This document shows positions 8,124-16,907 of a DNA stretch of 64,000 nucleotides, piece by piece; positions within the stretch are counted from its first letter, which is position 1; every line of letters starts with the position of its first letter. The position numbers were made by a program, and so were the translations under genes. A model generated the notes under the pieces. It did not search any database. It had not been told where the DNA came from and worked only from the letters and a program-made list of their open reading frames with translations. The DNA is taken from positions 4,041-68,040 of the forward strand of contig JAIORP010000171.1 of the NCBI GenBank assembly GCA_021108075.1. The letters are read 5' to 3'. This stretch comes from Candidatus Omnitrophota bacterium. Lineage in GTDB: Bacteria; Omnitrophota; Gorgyraeia; Zapsychrales; Zapsychraceae.

Positions 8124-9279
8124 CTAGGGCAAACCTGTCTGTCATGCTAGCAATATAATTGCAAATAATTCTGAATTTAACCTTCCTGGAAAATTTCTTT
8201 CCCCGTTGAAAAATATCATACGGTAATTGCCGGGGATTCCGCTGATACACCTTAAATATTTCTTCTAAAATCCTTCGGGCCTTTTCTGTCATCCGTTCGA
8301 CTCGATAATGATGATATAACTTTTCATACAGCAATGCTTGCAATGAATCGCGTTCTTTCTTCATTTGAGAACTATACGCGATAATATTTTTTTTTGGGTT
8401 CTCGAGATGAAACGATTTAACATCCTGCGCTGAATAAAAATCATGTTTCTTCAAATTTTTTTCCGTCTGACGGATTAAATCCGTCATTTGCAAGTCAATA
8501 ATATTGCGAACAACTTGATAGCGAAACATTTGAGGGTCATTCGCCAGTAATTTCGCGTCAACATTCCGCTGCGCTTTCTGCCAGAATTTGTTCACCATTA
8601 AATCCTTCTCAACAATACACCCTGAGGCTATTCCATCATCGATATCATGTGATAAATAGGCTAATGAGTCGGCGACATCAACAACTCTGGCCTCCAACGT
8701 CGGACCAATTTTCTTATAACGCGAAACCATTTTAACGACATCAAAATCCGTCTCATGTTTAAGAATGCCGACGAGAACTTCCTCTGTCAGATTCAACCCG
8801 TCAAAACGAGGGTACCGGCGCTCTTCCTGTGAGACGATCTCAAAACTACGATAGTTATGGTTAAATCCGTCATAATCTTCCGCCCGCATAATGCGGTCCA
8901 ACGCTTTTTCTCCTGCGTGCCCGAATGGCGGATGACCGAGATCATGCGCCAGGGCAATCGCTTCAACCAAATCTTCATTCAGTCTTAAGGTCCGGCCAAT
9001 CGTTCTTGCGATTTGAGCGACTTCAATGGTATGTGTTAACCGTGTTCGATAATAATCGCCCTCAAAGATAACAAAAACCTGGGTCTTATATTCTAATTTC
9101 CGAAAGGCCTGGCAATGCACGATGCGGTCCCGGTCCCGTTGATAACATGTTCGCCTTTCATGCTTTGCCTCGTCAAAAAGTCTACCAGAAGACTCATGGC
9201 TTTTCATCGCATAATCAGCTAAAATTTTCTTTTCAATAAGCTCAATGTCTTTTCTTGTATGTATGATGCAATGCGCCAT
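8083..9279 (-). CDS. dgt: dGTP triphosphohydrolase-like HD protein
   Basis: RDRDRI, FRKLEYKTQVF, RTRLTHT, HDLGHPPFGHAGE. Confidence 0.93.
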   Translation of the reverse strand: MAHCIIHTRKDIELIEKKILADYAMKSHESSGRLFDEAKHERRTCYQRDRDRIVHCQAFRKLEYKTQVFVIFEGDYYRTRLTHTIEVAQIARTIGRTLRLNEDLVEAIALAHDLGHPPFGHAGEKALDRIMRAEDYDGFNHNYRSFEIVSQEERRYPRFDGLNLTEEVLVGILKHETDFDVVKMVSRYKKIGPTLEARVVDVADSLAYLSHDIDDGIASGCIVEKDLMVNKFWQKAQRNVDAKLLANDPQMFRYQVVRNIIDLQMTDLIRQTEKNLKKHDFYSAQDVKSFHLENPKKNIIAYSSQMKKERDSLQALLYEKLYHHYRVERMTEKARRILEEIFKVYQRNPRQLPYDIFQRGKKFSRKVKFRIICNYIASMTDRFALDEHKKLFNPYQKV

Positions 9280-9733
9280 ATAATTCCTTCAAAGATTGCG
9301 AGATGACTTTTGTCTGCGCTACAACGGGCATAAAGTTCACATCCCCGCCCCAGCGGGGAACGATGTGGACATGGACGTGCCCGGGAATTCCCGCCCCGGC
9401 GACCTTACCGATATTTATGCCGACGTTAAACCCTTCCGGATTGATGACCTCTTTCAACAAAGCTTTTGAGGTTTCAACGGCAGCCCACAAGTCACAACGT
9501 TCTTGGTCTTTAAGTTTATGTGTGTCGTTAACATGCCGATTCGGAACAACCAGAAGATGACCATTATTATAAGGGTAAATGTTCATAACAACAAAACAAT
9601 GATCTGTGCGGAATAAAACGAAATTTCTTTTATCGGATCGCTCTCTGTAAAAACGACAAAACAGACATCCCTTGTTTTTCTTCGGGTCTTCTAGTAAATA
9701 TTTTATACGCCAAGGCGCCCAAATTCGATTCAT
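9242..9733 (-). CDS. HIT-family (FHIT-like/Ap4A phosphorylase-like) hydrolase
   Basis: WAPWR, N.YPYNNGH, HVHVHIVPRW. Confidence 0.92.
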   Translation of the reverse strand: MNRIWAPWRIKYLLEDPKKNKGCLFCRFYRERSDKRNFVLFRTDHCFVVMNIYPYNNGHLLVVPNRHVNDTHKLKDQERCDLWAAVETSKALLKEVINPEGFNVGINIGKVAGAGIPGHVHVHIVPRWGGDVNFMPVVAQTKVISQSLKELYGALHHTYKKRH

Positions 9734-9783
9734 GTTAAAAACCCAAGCTTTTGTATGTCTAACCCTTTAAGAACCATATCCGC

Positions 9784-10263
9784 TTAAATTTCTACGATCT
9801 CACCCTCAATACCGGCATCCGACACATCCAGGAGACCATACGAACAAGGGGCTTCAAAACAAAGACAATGATTCGCACAACCGGGATTAAAATACAAAAC
9901 ATTATTAATGACGGTGTTATACGGCACATGCGAGTGACCAAAGATAACAGCATCGACCTTATCCCTTTTAAATTGTTCTTTAACGACGTCTAAAACTTTC
10001 CGGGAAGGCCCTCGTCCATGGAAAAGACCTATCTTCTTTTGTCCAACAGGTATAATCTTTTTGAGTGGCAGAACCCCTCTGATACTGCTATCATCCATAT
10101 TCCCACAAACAGCTTCAACTTTATTAAGCTTTTGCAGGTTTTGCAAATCACTTTTGGTACAGATGTCTCCGGCATGAATGATTAGATCAACTTTTTTTAA
10201 GATACTGATTATCGATTCCGGAAGGGGTCCGGAATGGGTGTCAGACAGGACAGCTATTTTCAT
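9784..10263 (-). CDS. YfcE/MJ0936-family metallophosphoesterase
   Basis: SDTH, HAGD, GNMD, GHSH, NPG. Confidence 0.92.
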   Translation of the reverse strand: MKIAVLSDTHSGPLPESIISILKKVDLIIHAGDICTKSDLQNLQKLNKVEAVCGNMDDSSIRGVLPLKKIIPVGQKKIGLFHGRGPSRKVLDVVKEQFKRDKVDAVIFGHSHVPYNTVINNVLYFNPGCANHCLCFEAPCSYGLLDVSDAGIEGEIVEI

Positions 10264-11897
10264 CTTGTAATATATGGTTTATCGAATAACATTAATAATG
10301 TGTTCAATTCATTTTCATTCCAGATCCAACACCGTTCCTGCAAGGCTTTAAGCCTCGCATTCTTATCCATGTTAGACAAAGAAATGATCAGGCATCGTCC
10401 AGTCTTCCTTTCTAATTTCTTCGTTTCTTTTAAGATCAAGTTAACATCCTGTTCGACCAGATTCTCTTTTTTTAGGATAATAAACCATGTCGATTCGTCC
10501 GTCATGGCTTTAATCATATCATAAGAGAGGCCGCTCTCATTCCTAAGTTTTAATGGTATCAGTTCTCTAAATATTGGCAATTTATATTTTCGCCCGTTCA
10601 GATGGAACGATTCATTGTCAAAACAATACAGCAATTCCATCACACGAGAGGAGAAGTTCTGACGAGAGGTCAACTTGAATGATTCGACTGAACGATTTAA
10701 TTCTTCCTTGAATTGTCGGCGTCGTTTATCCGGAGATAATTCGATGTCTTTCAGCCTTGTTTGGTAAACATATTTAATCCAATACTTCAACAGCTTATCC
10801 TTGAAAGAATGAAAATTTCCATTCTTAATGACGATCCCTAAATCGATGAGACGATTTAGACGTTGTGTCAGCAAAGTCTTTTTGATATTGATCTTCCTGG
10901 TCATTTCTTCAATTTTATGATTTCCATTGGCCAAAGCAACCAAGACATCCGATAGCAAACGATGTCCTTTATTATTGCACAGATCATTGATGACCAGCTC
11001 AAAATGCCGACTAATGACCCCCCAACGGTTAAACAGGGTATTCTCTATGGCATGGGACAAAATCGGCATGTAAACTTCATTCTGCCGGTGCATCGCACAC
11101 AATGATAACACCTCCTGACATAAAAGATTCAAGTAAAGCGGATGCCCACCCGTGAAGTCCGTTAAAAAGTTCCTCAACTGTCCGCCAATTTTTATTTGGG
11201 CCAGATTGCGGTCAACAAAATGCTGACTGCTTTCAAAATCAAACGGTTCAATATTAAGGACTTCAAAATTCCCAAAAAGCAAGGAAAGCTTTTCCGATAA
11301 TATTTTCTGGGCCAGTTTCGGGTATGAACTGGACACGATGTAGAAGCATCTTTTTTGCGTCATGATCTTTTTTCCTAAAAGCTGAAAGACATCCGCGATA
11401 GGAAATTCTTCCAACTGTTGAAATTCATCAAAGATCAAAACACAGGACATCTCTGTTTCTGTGCAGAAAACATCCGGAAGGTTCAATAAACCAAGAAAGA
11501 CTTCATGATACTTCCCATTTTTGAAATCGTCTTGAATACGCTTGATGACCTGAATGGTATGCGGGATATATTTTGCGGTGCTTTCGATGAGCAATTGGGG
11601 GTCTTCAAAAAGTTGTATTTTTTTTGTTTTAGAATAATCATATAATAAACTTCCGATAAACTTTGAAAAGAAATAGTCAAAATCTTTATAGGCCAAATCC
11701 AGATAAATGACAATAACACGTTCGTCATCTAGATTCATAAAAAAATGTTGAAGGATGGCACTTTTACCGACATATTCATTCCCTAATAAAGCGACATTTT
11801 GGCGATAACCTTCTTTCAGGTCAATGACACGCCGCTTCAACAGGTCTAAGACATCCGTCCTTCCAAAAAAGTTTTTATGCATGTCTATATCGCTCAT
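10260..11897 (-). CDS. Archaeal-type (ATPase_2/STAND-like) ATPase with winged helix and C-terminal nuclease-like domain
   Basis: FFGR start, Walker A GNEYVGKS, Walker B LIFDEFQ, TGGHPLYL, and wHTH LNRLIDLGIV. Confidence 0.8.
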   Translation of the reverse strand: MSDIDMHKNFFGRTDVLDLLKRRVIDLKEGYRQNVALLGNEYVGKSAILQHFFMNLDDERVIVIYLDLAYKDFDYFFSKFIGSLLYDYSKTKKIQLFEDPQLLIESTAKYIPHTIQVIKRIQDDFKNGKYHEVFLGLLNLPDVFCTETEMSCVLIFDEFQQLEEFPIADVFQLLGKKIMTQKRCFYIVSSSYPKLAQKILSEKLSLLFGNFEVLNIEPFDFESSQHFVDRNLAQIKIGGQLRNFLTDFTGGHPLYLNLLCQEVLSLCAMHRQNEVYMPILSHAIENTLFNRWGVISRHFELVINDLCNNKGHRLLSDVLVALANGNHKIEEMTRKINIKKTLLTQRLNRLIDLGIVIKNGNFHSFKDKLLKYWIKYVYQTRLKDIELSPDKRRRQFKEELNRSVESFKLTSRQNFSSRVMELLYCFDNESFHLNGRKYKLPIFRELIPLKLRNESGLSYDMIKAMTDESTWFIILKKENLVEQDVNLILKETKKLERKTGRCLIISLSNMDKNARLKALQERCWIWNENELNTLLMLFDKPYITR

Positions 11898-11928
11898 AAT
11901 ATTACCACTATTTAATCACAAATTCTGA

Positions 11929-12612
11929 TTAAGGCAAATAATACATCGGGTTATCTTCAACCCCTTTTTTTCGAATTTCAAAATGCAAATATGGTACCCG
12001 TTGAGCATGATACCTTCCGATGTAACCTAAATCTTTATTTTTAATTACAGATTCCCCCACGCGCACAAGCACCGTCGACATTTGCGAATAAGTTGTGAAA
12101 TAACCATCCCGATGATCAATAATAACGGTCTTGCCATATCCGCTTAAGCTATCGGCAAACACAATCTGACCGGCCCGTGAGGCACGGACAACTTCACCTT
12201 CAATCGCTTCAATATCAATCCCACGATTTAAATAACCGTTTTTATTATCATTAAAAGAACTAATGATCTCTCCTTTTAACGGCCAAATAAACTCTCTCTT
12301 GGTTTTGTCCGTGTCAATTAATATCTGTTTAACAGAATAAGCCCCCGGCATAAACAACATCTGCCCTTTTTCTATTTGAGCAACATCGTCAACATTATTA
12401 CTGTCTAAAATATCCGCGATAGCAATATCATAAGCCTGGGCAATCCGCCACAATGTCTCTCCTTTTTTCACCTTATGATAAACACCATGTTGTGATGATT
12501 CGGGCAGTTGTGTTATCAAGTATTCTGTTTCAGTGTAGACTTCAACTGTTCTACAACCGCATATGGAAAAACACAGGCCTAATATGGACAAAATATTGAG
12601 AAATTTTTTCAT
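11929..12612 (-). CDS. LysM + M23 peptidase-domain lipoprotein (NlpD-like)
   Basis: Lipobox ICGC, LysM HKVKKGETLWRIA, and M23 fold (GIDI, LHFEIR). True start is 12612; the longer ORF overlaps the tRNA. Confidence 0.88.
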   Translation of the reverse strand: MKKFLNILSILGLCFSICGCRTVEVYTETEYLITQLPESSQHGVYHKVKKGETLWRIAQAYDIAIADILDSNNVDDVAQIEKGQMLFMPGAYSVKQILIDTDKTKREFIWPLKGEIISSFNDNKNGYLNRGIDIEAIEGEVVRASRAGQIVFADSLSGYGKTVIIDHRDGYFTTYSQMSTVLVRVGESVIKNKDLGYIGRYHAQRVPYLHFEIRKKGVEDNPMYYLP

Positions 12613-12618
12613 ATTTTT

Positions 12619-12692
12619 TGGAGCGAGAGACGGGAATCGAACCCGCGTTTTCAGCTTGGGAAGCTGACATTCTACCACTGAATTACTCTCGC
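12619..12692 (-). tRNA. tRNA-Gly(CCC)
   Basis: GCGAGAG...TCAGC-TTCCCAA-GCTGA...GGTTCGATTCC...CTCTCGCTCCA, with encoded CCA. Confidence 0.96.
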
Positions 12693-12736
12693 ATCGTGAA
12701 ATATTTTTCCTTAAATATTTCCAGGGTTTCCATTAA

Positions 12737-12772
12737 TAAAAAAAATTCAAATTGTTAGAGAATCTCTAACAA
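12737..12772 (-). terminator. Probable intrinsic terminator after thiE
   Basis: Perfect 9-bp inverted repeat TTGTTAGAG/CTCTAACAA (12752-12772) followed by a T-rich tract on the minus strand. Confidence 0.55.
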
Positions 12773-12775
12773 GAA

Positions 12776-13411
12776 TTAACCTTCTAACGCGTTCCTGAAA
12801 AATTGTACCGCCTTTTTTACATCTGAAGCTTCACTGATAGACCGACAAATCGCAGCCCTGTGTATCCCGCATTGTTGAATCACGCGAACATTCTCCTGGG
12901 TGATCCCGCCTATCGGAAAAATGGGAACATCAGAAAAACAGGAAGCTGCGCGTAACAATTTCAAATCCATGGGATCCCGGTCCGGTTTTGTCTTTGTCTT
13001 AAAAACCGAACCTAAACCAATATAATCAACTCCGTCTTTTATCGCTACGTTGACATGTCTGATGGATTGGCAAGAGGTCCCGATGATCATATTCTTTTTA
13101 GCCAAGTGACGCGCTTCATCTACAGGAATGTCTTCTTGCCCTAAATGAACGCCATCAGCGTCGAGAAGAAGCGCAAGGTCTAATCGGTCGTTAATGATAT
13201 ATAGGGCCTCGTCCTTAAGTGCGGGCATGATCCTTCGGGAAAATTGAAGAATATCACGTGCTGAGCCGAGTTTATCCCGCAATTGAAAAATATGAACCCC
13301 GCCCTTAAGAGCCTGTCGGGCGATGTTAAACAGCGCACGGTAATCATGGACAGCTGTATCAAGAATGAGATACAACTTTGCACTTTTTAAGAACTTTCTT
13401 CTCAATCGCAT
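12776..13411 (-). CDS. thiE: Thiamine-phosphate synthase
   Basis: QLRDK, INDRLDLA, GVHLGQED, T.TK, IGGIT. Confidence 0.92.
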   Translation of the reverse strand: MRLRRKFLKSAKLYLILDTAVHDYRALFNIARQALKGGVHIFQLRDKLGSARDILQFSRRIMPALKDEALYIINDRLDLALLLDADGVHLGQEDIPVDEARHLAKKNMIIGTSCQSIRHVNVAIKDGVDYIGLGSVFKTKTKPDRDPMDLKLLRAASCFSDVPIFPIGGITQENVRVIQQCGIHRAAICRSISEASDVKKAVQFFRNALEG

Positions 13412-13796
13412 AAATTTGGTAACGCAAAGTTTTAAATTCCCCTGAAAGGTCCGGGTTGATCAGCTTAGCAAACTCTTCCAGGACACGAATGGATTCTTTG
13501 ACACGCTGCGCATTAGCGACAAAGATGTCGGCAACATGTTGTCGTTTCAATTCAGCCGCAATAGATTTCCGGCCGATATCTTCTTCAATATTCCTGGCAT
13601 CAAGCAGGTCAAACCGGCTAATTCGCTTCAAGGATTCTGTTAAGGAATGACGGAGTTCCTTGAACCGTTTCGTAAAGGTCTTCGATTCAATCACAAATCG
13701 ACAAACATCTTCACAAACCCGTAAACCTTCCCTGGCCCTATTTGCATTTGCGTCTATGACGCGGAATATTTTTTTGTCTCTCGTTTTGCCCATCAA
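13359..13796 (-). CDS. Stand-alone ThiE N-terminal (ThiD2-like) domain protein
   Basis: RVIDANANRAREGLRVCED...AN.QR.KESIRVLEEF..LRY.IY.IEK, as in the N-terminal domain of cyanobacterial ThiE. Confidence 0.8.
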   Translation of the reverse strand: MMGKTRDKKIFRVIDANANRAREGLRVCEDVCRFVIESKTFTKRFKELRHSLTESLKRISRFDLLDARNIEEDIGRKSIAAELKRQHVADIFVANAQRVKESIRVLEEFAKLINPDLSGEFKTLRYQIYAIEKKVLKKCKVVSHS

Positions 13797-13798
13797 GT

Positions 13799-14299
13799 TT
13801 AACGGCCGGATATTTTTGCGATACGGTCAATGATATCCGTCGAAGACTTCCCACCCAAATAGGAAATAAAAATGACCTTACCGCCCCGGGATTCTACACT
13901 CTCGCTTCCAGCAACCTTTTTATCTTTCCAATCCGCTCCTTTAATCAAAACATCAGGCTTTAAAATGCTGATAATTCTTTCAGGAGTATCTTCATCAAAA
14001 ATTGTAATGTAGTCAACAACGCTAAGCGCTGACAAGACAACCGCACGTTCATCTTGATTCACAATAGGGCGTTGGACCCCTTTAATGGAACGGGTTGAGC
14101 GATCGCTATTCAGACCAACGATCAGAATGCGATCTTTCCCTTTGGCTTCATCTAAGTAGGTCACATGTCCAACATGCAGAATATCAAAACAACCGTTGGT
14201 AAACGCAATCATACGGCCTTCTTTACGATGCTGACGTATTTTTTTCTGTAATGTGGATATGGATAATATTTTTTTCTTTGATCTCACAGGCAATAGCAA
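13799..14299 (-). CDS. rfaE2: D-glycero-beta-D-manno-heptose 1-phosphate adenylyltransferase (RfaE domain II/HldC)
   Basis: FTNGCFDILHVGH, GLNSD.S, KPDVLIKGAD, SSTDII. Confidence 0.93.
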   Translation of the reverse strand: MLLPVRSKKKILSISTLQKKIRQHRKEGRMIAFTNGCFDILHVGHVTYLDEAKGKDRILIVGLNSDRSTRSIKGVQRPIVNQDERAVVLSALSVVDYITIFDEDTPERIISILKPDVLIKGADWKDKKVAGSESVESRGGKVIFISYLGGKSSTDIIDRIAKISGR

Positions 14300-14875
14300 C
14301 TATTTATTTTGATAAAATTCACATTCCACTAAATCACAAATAATATGGGCAATGCAAGCATGTGTTTCTTGGATGCGGGGCGTCATGTTTGAAGGAACAA
14401 TAATGCTGATATCTGTTAATTTTGCTAATTTGCCCCCATGACAACCCGTTAAGGAAACGGTCAGTAAACCCTGTTTCCCCGCCTGCGTAATACCCTTAAT
14501 GACATTCTGGGAATTTCCACTGGTCGATATTCCAATAGCAATATCACCCTTCTGACCCAGCCCTTCTATTTGCCGCGCAAAAATGACATCAAAACCGTAA
14601 TCATTACCGAGCGCGGTTATGATCGAAGTGTCTGTCGTTAACGCAATCGCCGGTAAGGATTGCCGTTCTTTTAGAAAACGCCCTATGAACTCAGCGGCGA
14701 TGTGTTGACTATCTGCGGCAGATCCGCCGTTGCCAAAAATCAAAATCTTTTTCTTTCGTTTCAAGGCCTTGACCATGGACTTGACGCACTTCTCAATGCT
14801 TTCTAAATTGACAGATAAAGATTTCTGTTTGACCGTGATGGATTCTTCAAACGCTTTTTGAATAGCTTCTTTCAC
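14300..14875 (-). CDS. gmhA: Sedoheptulose 7-phosphate isomerase
   Basis: GNGGSAADSQH, GNDYGF, STSGNS, RIQETH. GTG start. Confidence 0.96.
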   Translation of the reverse strand: MKEAIQKAFEESITVKQKSLSVNLESIEKCVKSMVKALKRKKKILIFGNGGSAADSQHIAAEFIGRFLKERQSLPAIALTTDTSIITALGNDYGFDVIFARQIEGLGQKGDIAIGISTSGNSQNVIKGITQAGKQGLLTVSLTGCHGGKLAKLTDISIIVPSNMTPRIQETHACIAHIICDLVECEFYQNK

Positions 14876-14891
14876 TGTTTAACCTTATTCA

Positions 14892-15914
14892 TTAAAAATC
14901 AGAAAAAATTTCAGTGATCTGGTACAAACTCTTTTTAATCGTTTTACGTTTTTTAACAGCTTCTTTTATGTCAACAGAACAAATCTTATTGCAACGCAGG
15001 CTGACCATTTGCCCGACTTTGTTGCGTTTAACAAGCTCAACGGCGTGAATCCCAAAACGCGTGCCCAGAATACGGTCAAAGGCGGTCGGTGTTCCGCCAC
15101 GCTGAATGTGGCCTAAAACGCTGACACGCGTCTCATAACCCGTTTCAGCTTCAATAATATCCGCAATAACCCGGCTGACATATCCTATATTATGTTTGGA
15201 ATTCATCTGGGCGATCTTGGATCTTTGTCCTAAAATTCTTGTGCCTTCTGAGACAACAATAATACTAAAGGTTTTCCCCCGTTTATGTCGCGACCGGATT
15301 GAGGCACAAATTTTTTGCATGTCAACCGGATATTCCGGGATGAGGACAATATTCGCGCCACCGGCTATTCCAGCCTGAACAGCGATCCAACCGGTATACC
15401 GGCCCATAACTTCAATAACAATAATCCGATGATGACTTTCAGCCGTCGTGTGCAAACGGTCGATGCATTCTGTTGCGATATTCACCGCGGTGTCAAACCC
15501 AAAGGCATAATCCGTCCCTGACAAGGCATTGTCGATGGATTTGGGAACACCCACAATCGGCAGGTTGCCCTGCGTCTTTAAATCAAGGGCGATCTTCAGC
15601 GTATCTTCTCCCCCGACGACAATTAAGGCGTCAATTCCGCTTCGCTTGAAATTCTCAATAGCTAACCGCATTTGTTCTTCTGATAGCGGTGGCACATGCC
15701 GACTCGTCCCTAGAATTGTCCCCCCCAGGGCTAAGATGCCTGATGTCAGCCGCAGATCGAGAATACGCATATCATTTTCAATCAACCCATTCCATCCATT
15801 CTTTATCCCCGTTATGACATAACCTTCTTTTATAGCCTTTCGAACAATCGCGCGAATAACAGAGTTTAGCCCTGAACAATCAGCTCCGCCTGTTAAAATT
15901 CCTATTTTTTTCAT
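14892..15914 (-). CDS. pfkA: PfkA-family phosphofructokinase, divergent (PPi-type signature)
   Basis: GGTILGTSR, GGEDT, PKSIDNA, EVMGR, LGHIQRGG. Confidence 0.85.
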   Translation of the reverse strand: MKKIGILTGGADCSGLNSVIRAIVRKAIKEGYVITGIKNGWNGLIENDMRILDLRLTSGILALGGTILGTSRHVPPLSEEQMRLAIENFKRSGIDALIVVGGEDTLKIALDLKTQGNLPIVGVPKSIDNALSGTDYAFGFDTAVNIATECIDRLHTTAESHHRIIVIEVMGRYTGWIAVQAGIAGGANIVLIPEYPVDMQKICASIRSRHKRGKTFSIIVVSEGTRILGQRSKIAQMNSKHNIGYVSRVIADIIEAETGYETRVSVLGHIQRGGTPTAFDRILGTRFGIHAVELVKRNKVGQMVSLRCNKICSVDIKEAVKKRKTIKKSLYQITEIFSDF

Positions 15915-15942
15915 AATCCCACCCTCTTATTTTTTCCTGTTT

Positions 15943-16557
15943 TCATGCACGATATCCCTGGAATGGGATAGCCGGGTCAACGTGGTGCTCTTCCTCTGGG
16001 GCTTCATCTTTCAACTTCTCTTTGACTTTTCCCGGAATAATTTTTCCAACATAAATAGTAATATCAACCTTCTCTGCTATCCCAATCGTATTATGAATCT
16101 TATTTTTTACGACATCTTGTATTTTAGACGTCAATTCAGGAATGTTGACTTCCGAACAAAGTATCAATCTGACCTTAGTGATAAGCGTTTTTCGATGCAC
16201 TTTCATATCGATCCTGGCATCTTTTATTTCAGCTCTCTTTACGATTGTCCGTCGGACAATATCTTCCAACGCCGTTAAAGAGACACTCACCCGGCCGGAA
16301 GGATTATCAAAAGCGATAATGTTATCCGCATAGGAATTCAGCACGAACATCCGATAATAAGCGATGGTGATCATAATCATCGCGACAGCTAACCAGCCAA
16401 ACATGATTCGGGAGGACATATCAAAATAAATAAATTGAACAATTTGCGCGAGGTGTTCAACGTTTAATTTATTCAATGCGGCCAACAGCATGAAAACACT
16501 TAGAATAAAAACAACCAACACGTAAAACAATACAGCGATGCGGGTTAAACATTTCAT
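15943..16557 (-). CDS. amaP: AmaP-like alkaline shock response membrane anchor
   Basis: Two TM helices plus an Asp23-like domain (G.VSVSL.ALEDIV...IPEL...IQ). Adjacent to asp23. Confidence 0.7.
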   Translation of the reverse strand: MKCLTRIAVLFYVLVVFILSVFMLLAALNKLNVEHLAQIVQFIYFDMSSRIMFGWLAVAMIMITIAYYRMFVLNSYADNIIAFDNPSGRVSVSLTALEDIVRRTIVKRAEIKDARIDMKVHRKTLITKVRLILCSEVNIPELTSKIQDVVKNKIHNTIGIAEKVDITIYVGKIIPGKVKEKLKDEAPEEEHHVDPAIPFQGYRA

Positions 16558-16907
16558 TTTTGCCCCCTCTCGATCCCTTGTATATTAACGTTAATATCCT
16601 TTATCTCAACATTTACTGTTTCATCTAACGCCCTCTTGACAATATCCTGCACTTGCCGGGCGACATCAGGAATATTCAATCCGAAATGGACATTAATCTT
16701 AACGCCCAGGACAACCTCTTGATTCTCATCCACAGATATATCGACACTAGGGAAGTGATCTTTATACATAAATGAAAAAAATTTTTTTGTTAAATTTTCC
16801 TCGGACAAAAAAACACCCTTGATATCTTTTATAGCTGTTTCCACAATTTCAGCAATGACTTTCTTATGAATATGGACAGATCCCATATGTATTTCATTCT
16901 GTTTCAT
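16554..16907 (-). CDS. Asp23/Gls24 family protein
   Basis: G.VHI...[24 protein letters not shown]. Confidence 0.85.
   Translation of the reverse strand: MKQNEIHMGSVHIHKKVIAEIVETAIKDIKGVFLSEENLTKKFFSFMYKDHFPSVDISVDENQEVVLGVKINVHFGLNIPDVARQVQDIVKRALDETVNVEIKDINVNIQGIERGQK

Noticed and set aside
12613-12678. N-terminal extension of the LysM/M23 ORF
   Set aside because: It is read-through of tRNA-Gly; the signal peptide starts at 12612.
12619-12692. tRNA-Gly as an integration site
   Set aside because: No integrase and no duplicated tRNA 3' end were seen in the window.
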